Positions 56,992 through 64,000 of a stretch of 64,000 nt of DNA are shown in pieces (the stretch's first letter is position 1; each line of letters begins with the position of its first letter). The stretch comes from Ignavibacteriota bacterium (GTDB lineage Bacteria; Bacteroidota; Ignavibacteria; UBA10030; CAVZMI01): contig CAVZMI010000034.1 in NCBI GenBank assembly GCA_963776275.1, positions 42,371 to 106,370 of the forward strand, given 5' to 3'. A model generated the notes under the pieces. It saw only the letters and a list, made by a program, of their open reading frames with translations, did not search any database and was not told the DNA's origin. The position numbers were made by a program, and so were the translations under genes.

Positions 56992-58194
56992 TTATTCGCC
57001 TCCCATAGATTCGGCAAGAAGTTCGACGATATCTTTGACGAGGATTTTTTCTTGTCCCAGTACTTTCAGAGCGTCTTCAAAGCGGGAAACTTCATACGGG
57101 CATCCCACTGCCACCACCTCGGCTCCGGTGTCGATCGCCTCTTTCATTCTCCGTTCCGACAAACGTTCCATCCCTTTCGATTTATAATATGTATCGAGCC
57201 ACATCCCGCCGCCACCGCCGCCACAGCAAATGGAATTTATCCGATTATGAACCATCTCGACGAGTTTCACACCGGGTATGGCACGCAGCAGGGCACGGGG
57301 TTCTTCATAGACATTGTTACTTCGTCCAAGGCAGCATGAATCATGATATGTGATCTTGTACGGTAATTTCTTCTTGAGTAAGGGTTTTAACTTATCCAGA
57401 TATCCTGCAAGGAACGGTATCGTATGCGTGGTCGGATAATAGAAACCGTACATGGTATAACGATATTTAAAAGCGTCGAATGCATGCGGATCGGAAGTGA
57501 CAATACGGTTAAATTTGTACTTTTTGAATGTCTTCATATTGGCATCGATTAATGTCTCTGACAATCCCGATTCCCAGGCGAATCGTCCGCAATCTCCGGC
57601 ACATTTCTCTTCGTTCCCGAGGATCGCAAAATCAATTCCAAGCGCATTGAAGAGTTTTGCAGTGGCACGACAGTTATCCTGTCCTCGCGGATAGAACGAG
57701 GTATAGCACTCCACGAACCAGAGAACATCGACCGGTTCCGGATGTTCGGAGAGAATCCGCACCGGGACGCCCGCAGTAGGAACCCATGCCGCCCGCTTCC
57801 GTGGAGATTCACCCATTGGATTCCCATATCGCATCGTATTGATCAGACCCTTTTGAAATTCGGCTGGAAGTTGCGTCTGATGAGTTATGACCTGCTCTTT
57901 CACCAACGGTAAAAGAACGTCGGTGAGGTTAATATTACGCGGACATTTGGCTTTACAGGCGTAACAGCTCACACATTTCAACAGACTATCGGATTGAAAC
58001 ACTTCTTCGAGTAATCCGTTCTGGAGCATTTGAATAATCCGCCGCGGAGGAAAATCCATATATTCACCATACGGACATGTTCCAACACACATGCCGCATT
58101 GAATACATGAGAGAACTTGCTTTCCCTCCGGCGTTTCCGCAAGAGTCTCGAGCGTATATTTTTCAATTCCAGGTGTTGCTGTAAGTGTCTGCAT
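56992..58194 (-). CDS. HdrD-like Fe-S oxidoreductase (ferredoxin + CCG domains)
   Basis: CIQCGMCVGTCP, CVSCYACKAKCP, YHDSC, CCGGGGG. Confidence 0.88.
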   Translation of the reverse strand: MQTLTATPGIEKYTLETLAETPEGKQVLSCIQCGMCVGTCPYGEYMDFPPRRIIQMLQNGLLEEVFQSDSLLKCVSCYACKAKCPRNINLTDVLLPLVKEQVITHQTQLPAEFQKGLINTMRYGNPMGESPRKRAAWVPTAGVPVRILSEHPEPVDVLWFVECYTSFYPRGQDNCRATAKLFNALGIDFAILGNEEKCAGDCGRFAWESGLSETLIDANMKTFKKYKFNRIVTSDPHAFDAFKYRYTMYGFYYPTTHTIPFLAGYLDKLKPLLKKKLPYKITYHDSCCLGRSNNVYEEPRALLRAIPGVKLVEMVHNRINSICCGGGGGGMWLDTYYKSKGMERLSERRMKEAIDTGAEVVAVGCPYEVSRFEDALKVLGQEKILVKDIVELLAESMGGE

Positions 58195-58200
58195 AAAATT

Positions 58201-60231
58201 TTATACCCCTTTCTGAATCTCGAGTGCATCCCCCACAAATTCTGCAATATCTTTTATCATCAATCGCTGTTCATTTCCGGTAGTTTTAACAGCATCACGA
58301 AACATGACAAGATCTTTCGGACACGCAACCGCCATTGTATTGACATCAGGAAGCGATATAGCTTCACGGACTCGATTCTCTGCAGGTCGTTCTTTTATTC
58401 CCGGAATATCCTCCATCCAAATCCGTCCTCCTCCTGCTCCACAGCAAAAGCCCTTTGAGCGATTTCGCGGCATTTCTTCGATTTGAAGACCCAGCATTCC
58501 CAAGAGCATCCGAGGAGGTTCATACACACCGTTGTAGCGACCGAGATAACAGGGATCGTGATATGTGATGCGGCCGTTCAGATTTTTCCGGACAGTAAGA
58601 TCCCCTTTCAGAAGAAGTTGATAGAGCAGTTCGGTGTAATGGACAACCCTGGGACCATGTCCGTTCATACGATATTCATTTTTCAATGTATTATATGAAT
58701 GAGGATCTGTCGTAACGATGGTCTCGAATTTTGCTTTACCAAGAACCGTTTGATTCTTCTCACTCAGGAGCTGGTAAAGTCCTTCTTCCCCGACGCGGCG
58801 GACATCGTTTCCGGAATTTCGTTCTCCGTCAAATAGAATACCAAAATCAAGTTTTGCCATCTGAAAGATTTTCGCCGTGAGTTTAGTATTATCCTGAATT
58901 CGGGGATCATACGATGCATAATCGCCCACAAACCAGAGATATTGAACCGGTTCCTTCCTTGCATCCTTTATCGTAAAACCGATATCCTGTGTCCATTTCG
59001 CGCGCATACGATCAGATTGCCCGAAGGAATTGCCATATCTGTTCATCTTCATTAATGTGTCCTGAACAAGTGTCTCTATCTCGCCTTGATTCACCAGATA
59101 TCTTCTCATCTCGACAATCATTCTTGGATGTTCCACAAAGACCGGACACATCTCTTCGCAAGCACCACATGTGGTGCATGCCCAAAGTTCCGGAGCCGAA
59201 ATTACCGGGCCGTGCAGTTTTTTTGTTTCTTCTTCTTTCCCGGAATTTGATCCATTGGTTTTTGTGTAATGCAGCAATTGGGAATCCAATTTTAAAACCA
59301 GGTTCTTGGGAGATAGTGAATAGCCACTCGCATAAGCAGGACACACCTCCTGGCATCTGCCGCACCAGGTGCAGGCATCGACCTGCATCAGCTGTCTCCA
59401 TGTAAAGTCGTCGATTTTTTCTAATGCAGCGTCTCCGGAAGCCGTCAGTGCTCCCACCGGGGCGAACTTTCTAAAATAAATACTAAGAGCAGATGAAAAA
59501 ATATGGAAAGCTTTTGTGTAAGGAATACTAGCAACAAACACAAGGGCAAGGATAAGATGGAGTAGCCAAAATACAAAGTGAATTGATAATATTGCAGAAA
59601 GAGATAACGGCTGGAAGAGCGTTGACAGATAATATCCCACCGGAGCCCACTCTGCCCATGGAGGATTCTGTGCCGTAATTCGGAGACCCTCTATAATAAA
59701 TCCCGTCAAATCGATTAACAGGAGAATAATCAAGAGATAGAACGAATCCCACCGGAACGTAGGTGTCTCAGGGGTCTTAAGACGTTCCGGACGAAGAATA
59801 TATCGTCTGTATACAGCCATCCCAAGACCAAAGACCAGAAGCAGACCAAAGATATCGAGTGCTAATTCATAGAAAAGATAAAAATATCCTCTCAAGAACT
59901 GAAAATCGAGTATTAAGAATGTAACATCCCAATCCACAGTAGCAAGCGCTGTTCCGACCAATAGAATTGCCATACTCCAAAAAATTGTCAAATGCATTAT
60001 GATGGCAAAACGGTCTGAAGAAAGCCGCCATTGAAAAAGAGCATAAGTCACAGAGGATTTGAGCCGTTCGAATACAGATCTTTCTATCATTTCGGGCTTT
60101 CCCAATCGCCATTTTTTTATGTGACGATATACTCCATAGGCGAAAATAGAAATTGCCACAGCACCGAGAAGATATACCAGGATCTGCGCCCAACCCGGGA
60201 TGTTCCAGTAAGTAGGTCGAATAGGCTCCAT
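58201..60231 (-). CDS. HdrF/FadF-like membrane Fe-S oxidoreductase (NarI-like TM + ferredoxin + CCG)
   Basis: TM region with His residues, CTWCGRCQEVCP, CTTCGACEEMCP, YHDPC, CCGAGGG. Confidence 0.88.
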   Translation of the reverse strand: MEPIRPTYWNIPGWAQILVYLLGAVAISIFAYGVYRHIKKWRLGKPEMIERSVFERLKSSVTYALFQWRLSSDRFAIIMHLTIFWSMAILLVGTALATVDWDVTFLILDFQFLRGYFYLFYELALDIFGLLLVFGLGMAVYRRYILRPERLKTPETPTFRWDSFYLLIILLLIDLTGFIIEGLRITAQNPPWAEWAPVGYYLSTLFQPLSLSAILSIHFVFWLLHLILALVFVASIPYTKAFHIFSSALSIYFRKFAPVGALTASGDAALEKIDDFTWRQLMQVDACTWCGRCQEVCPAYASGYSLSPKNLVLKLDSQLLHYTKTNGSNSGKEEETKKLHGPVISAPELWACTTCGACEEMCPVFVEHPRMIVEMRRYLVNQGEIETLVQDTLMKMNRYGNSFGQSDRMRAKWTQDIGFTIKDARKEPVQYLWFVGDYASYDPRIQDNTKLTAKIFQMAKLDFGILFDGERNSGNDVRRVGEEGLYQLLSEKNQTVLGKAKFETIVTTDPHSYNTLKNEYRMNGHGPRVVHYTELLYQLLLKGDLTVRKNLNGRITYHDPCYLGRYNGVYEPPRMLLGMLGLQIEEMPRNRSKGFCCGAGGGRIWMEDIPGIKERPAENRVREAISLPDVNTMAVACPKDLVMFRDAVKTTGNEQRLMIKDIAEFVGDALEIQKGV

Positions 60232-61215
60232 TTATGATCCTTCCTTACGTTTTTTAATCTCTTCGGTCAGTGCCGGAAGAATATCGAGAAGGTCGGCACA
60301 CACACCGTAATGCGCAATACTAAAAATAGGAGCATTTGGATCTGTATTGACGGCGAGGATGAGTCCGGAGTTTTTCATTCCTTCTTCATGTTCCGGTGCC
60401 CCGCTAATTCCCGCCGCAAGATATAATTTTGGCGAAACATTCATTCCCGATTTTCCCACCTGTCGGGTCAGCGGAAGCCATCCTTGATCGACAACCGGCC
60501 GCGAAGCGGACACGGCACCTCCAAGCACATTTGCAAGCTCGTCGGCAATAGCAACATTGTCCTGATTTTGAATGCCGCGACCGATGGAAACGAGAATATC
60601 CTGTTTAGTGATATCGATATCGCCTGCTTCAGGCTCTATGGTCCGTTCAAATTTCATCCGTAGTGCTTCGAAGGGAATCGAAGCAGTGACATCTTCGACC
60701 TGAGGAGCATTCGGTGCTGTTCCGCTCTCGGAACGGAAAGAACCCGAAAGTACTGAAACGATGTTGTAATCACCCGTCAACTCGACATCGGCGAACATTT
60801 TTCCGCCATAGAGCTGACTTTTCACGATAAGTTTTCCGTCATCGATTCGGAGATCCCTGCAGTAGGAGACAATCGGAATATTCAGCTTTGCCGAGAGCGG
60901 AGCCGCCAGATCAAGTCCCATTGATGTTGACCCGAACATCGTAAGCCGTGGTTGATATTTTTTTATCAATTCACTAAGGACAAGCTGATATGCCTCAGGA
61001 TTGAAATCGTGAAGCCGATCGTCTTCGATGCAAAGAACCTTATCGGCCGGCCGGAGTTCCGCGGCAAGTTGACGGACACCGCTTCCAATTAAAACAGCGT
61101 ATAATGTACCTCCACTCTTTCCGGCGAGTTCGCGTCCCTTGCCGAGAAGCTCGAATGTAATGTCGGTAAGTTTTCCCTGAAAATATTCGGCGAAGATAAA
61201 AATATTGTTCTCCAT
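60232..61215 (-). CDS. etfA: Electron transfer flavoprotein alpha subunit
   Basis: SIGRG, ASRPVVD, QVGKSG, GISGA, NTDPNAPIF. Confidence 0.95.
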   Translation of the reverse strand: MENNIFIFAEYFQGKLTDITFELLGKGRELAGKSGGTLYAVLIGSGVRQLAAELRPADKVLCIEDDRLHDFNPEAYQLVLSELIKKYQPRLTMFGSTSMGLDLAAPLSAKLNIPIVSYCRDLRIDDGKLIVKSQLYGGKMFADVELTGDYNIVSVLSGSFRSESGTAPNAPQVEDVTASIPFEALRMKFERTIEPEAGDIDITKQDILVSIGRGIQNQDNVAIADELANVLGGAVSASRPVVDQGWLPLTRQVGKSGMNVSPKLYLAAGISGAPEHEEGMKNSGLILAVNTDPNAPIFSIAHYGVCADLLDILPALTEEIKKRKEGS

Positions 61216-61218
61216 TTT

Positions 61219-62031
61219 TTACTTCACCAATCCTTTCTCACAAAGTATCCCGACAATTCTGGATACAATTTCCTGAGGTGTGCCCGAGATCATTTTGGCC
61301 CGGCCGGAAATCTCCGGCTTAAGCAAACGCTGTATCTCGAGTGCATGCGGAATACCTCCATCGCCCGTTGTTTTTCCAACGGCAGCTTCGACCGGCTTGG
61401 GTAATTCGGATACTGTAATCTCTTCGATACGGCCGGATTTCATCGCCTGTCGAATGCGGGCTACCGGGACATAACGCGGCGGTTGAGAGGCCGATTGAAT
61501 TCCCAGGAGTGCCGGTAGTTGTATTCGGATTTCCTCCAGGACTCCGCCGGGGAACTCTTTCCTCACAATCACTGATGTCCCTTCAACTGTTACGCCGCTC
61601 ACAACGCCGACATACGGCAGTCCGAGATACATTGCCAGCATTGCACCCACCTGTCCGTCCAGATCATCCGTTGCCTGGACACTGGTGAGAATTAAATCGT
61701 ACGATTTGTCCTTCAGAAGCGATTGCAGGATGCGTGCTGTGCAATGGCTGTCGATTTTCCCTTTTCCAATGCCTGTGATTTTAACCGCCGAATCGGCGCC
61801 CTTTGCCAGAGCACCAAACAGGACATCGTCGATGTCGGTTGAGTCGAAGGCAATAACCGAGAGAGTGCCGCCATGTTTTTCCTTGAGAAGAAGTCCCTGT
61901 TCAAGCGCATGATCGGCAGGTTCGTTTAGAATGAAGCGCAGGTATTCGCTATCAAGTGATTTCCCGTCAGGGGCGATGACCAAGTCTTCGACCGTATCCG
62001 GTATCACCTGAAGATATATGAGTATGTTCAT
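61219..62031 (-). CDS. etfB: Electron transfer flavoprotein beta subunit
   Basis: QVIPD, NEPADHALE, ALAKGAD, GQVG, PRY. Confidence 0.93.
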   Translation of the reverse strand: MNILIYLQVIPDTVEDLVIAPDGKSLDSEYLRFILNEPADHALEQGLLLKEKHGGTLSVIAFDSTDIDDVLFGALAKGADSAVKITGIGKGKIDSHCTARILQSLLKDKSYDLILTSVQATDDLDGQVGAMLAMYLGLPYVGVVSGVTVEGTSVIVRKEFPGGVLEEIRIQLPALLGIQSASQPPRYVPVARIRQAMKSGRIEEITVSELPKPVEAAVGKTTGDGGIPHALEIQRLLKPEISGRAKMISGTPQEIVSRIVGILCEKGLVK

Positions 62032-62206
62032 ACTATTCCTCCGGAATTATTATCATGGTGGGGATCAAAACAGGGTAGAAAATCGACACACTGGATTACA
62101 ATGGCCTGGTGAAAAAACGTTATCTCTTGGTTCTCGAATCTATATTGAAAGTTAAAACGTTGGGCAATGTAAACTGTCTTGAACACCTTATATCCGGACA
62201 GTTCTA

Positions 62207-62235
62207 AATATACCATGAGAGTATAACAAAGTCAA
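62207..62235 (-). promoter_or_regulatory. Putative extended -10 sigma70 promoter of the etf-hdr operon
   Basis: TTGACT-N17-TATATT with TGn. Confidence 0.6.
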
Positions 62236-62353
62236 GTATATTGTAAATTCCTGGAAAATCATATTGTATAAGGTTTTTAAAATTGGTATCTTTCATATAC
62301 AGTGTGAAAAAAATAATCACATTTATCAATAATTTAATTAAAGGAAAAACAAC

Positions 62354-63031
62354 TTGAAAAATATTGTCATTGCCTGTATTTCATTCCTCATTATGATGGC
62401 TCTCACATCATGTCAAAAAAGCAATCAAGACGCTTCGGCTTTGAAGACTCAAAAAGACAGCCTCAGTTACGCCATCGGGCTGAGCGTCGGGAAAAGCCTG
62501 CAACAGGATTCTGTCGGTGTTGATCCGGATCTGATTGCCCGGGCATTAAAAGACTTAGCCGTGAATAAAACAATCCTCAATGATGAAGCTGCAAAAGAGA
62601 CGATCAGGCGATACAGAAAGGAACAGCTTGCCCAGCAGGGCGAAAAAAATAAAAAAGCTGGAGAAGCCTTCCTCGAAGAGAATAAAAAGAAAAACGGAGT
62701 GATCCCACTGCCGAGCGGACTGCAGTACAGGGTAATCACAGCAGGAAGTGGAAAGAAACCGAAGGCAAACCAGATTGTTGTTGTTCAATACCGTGGCATG
62801 AACATTGATGGAAAAGAATTCGACAGCTCTTTCCGGAACGGCCAGCCCGTTTCCTTGCGGGTGGACAGGGTGATCAAGGGATGGTCGGAAGCTCTTCAAT
62901 TAATGGCGGTAGGTTCCAAATGGGAACTCTTCGTTCCATCGGATCTCGCTTATGGGGAGAACGGCATCAGCCAGCTTATCGGCCCGAACAGCACATTGAT
63001 TTTCGAAATAGAACTCGTCGCTATAAAATAA
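62354..63031 (+). CDS. FKBP-type peptidyl-prolyl isomerase (lipoprotein, FkpA/Mip-like)
   Basis: Lipobox LTSC, DSLSYAIG, SGLQY, FDSS, VIKGW, LAYG, TLIFEIEL. Confidence 0.93.
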   Translation: MKNIVIACISFLIMMALTSCQKSNQDASALKTQKDSLSYAIGLSVGKSLQQDSVGVDPDLIARALKDLAVNKTILNDEAAKETIRRYRKEQLAQQGEKNKKAGEAFLEENKKKNGVIPLPSGLQYRVITAGSGKKPKANQIVVVQYRGMNIDGKEFDSSFRNGQPVSLRVDRVIKGWSEALQLMAVGSKWELFVPSDLAYGENGISQLIGPNSTLIFEIELVAIK

Positions 63032-63154
63032 AATCTCTTTTCCGAGGGAGGGCAATACGACTCTGTCGCATTATGCTCTCCCTTATTCTATCCATGGCCC
63101 CTTCGGCAACATACAATCTGATCTGGAGCGTCATTCGGCGGATTCCGACAAGAG

Positions 63155-64000
<846 letters not shown>

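Noticed and set aside
62303-62321. TGTGA...TCACA as a CRP/Rex-type site
   Set aside because: The spacer is 9 bp rather than 6

Overview
A 64 kb chromosomal segment, probably from an Ignavibacteria/Chlorobi-like (FCB group) bacterium. This is inferred from the T9SS-related genes, the separated atpD-atpC pair, the rimP-nusA-infB-rbfA-truB-ribF-rpsO-pnp block and canonical sigma70 promoters. Most of the window is housekeeping and metabolism. The main candidate for a new system is a ~6.6 kb island (~9660-16425) bounded by an ~88 bp imperfect direct repeat that itself contains a sigma70 promoter. The island encodes an Nth/HhH-GPD glycosylase, an ECF-like sigma factor, a ParB-like protein translationally coupled to an SNF2 ATPase, and a convergent SinI/Eco47II-like C5 DNA methyltransferase, with no recognisable restriction endonuclease. 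A motif repeated in front of the sigma and ParB genes suggests a dedicated regulatory circuit. Most apparent frameshifts and stops in the window sit at GGWCC/GGNCC sites, which suggests methylation-induced base-calling errors and an active methylase. Other oddities are nested REP-like palindromes (one in frame inside a CDS), hexamer repeat tracts, gene remnants, an etfBA-hdrF-hdrD-hdrA cluster, and a 23S rRNA that starts mid-gene with atypical signatures. All family assignments come from reading motifs by eye; no searches were run.
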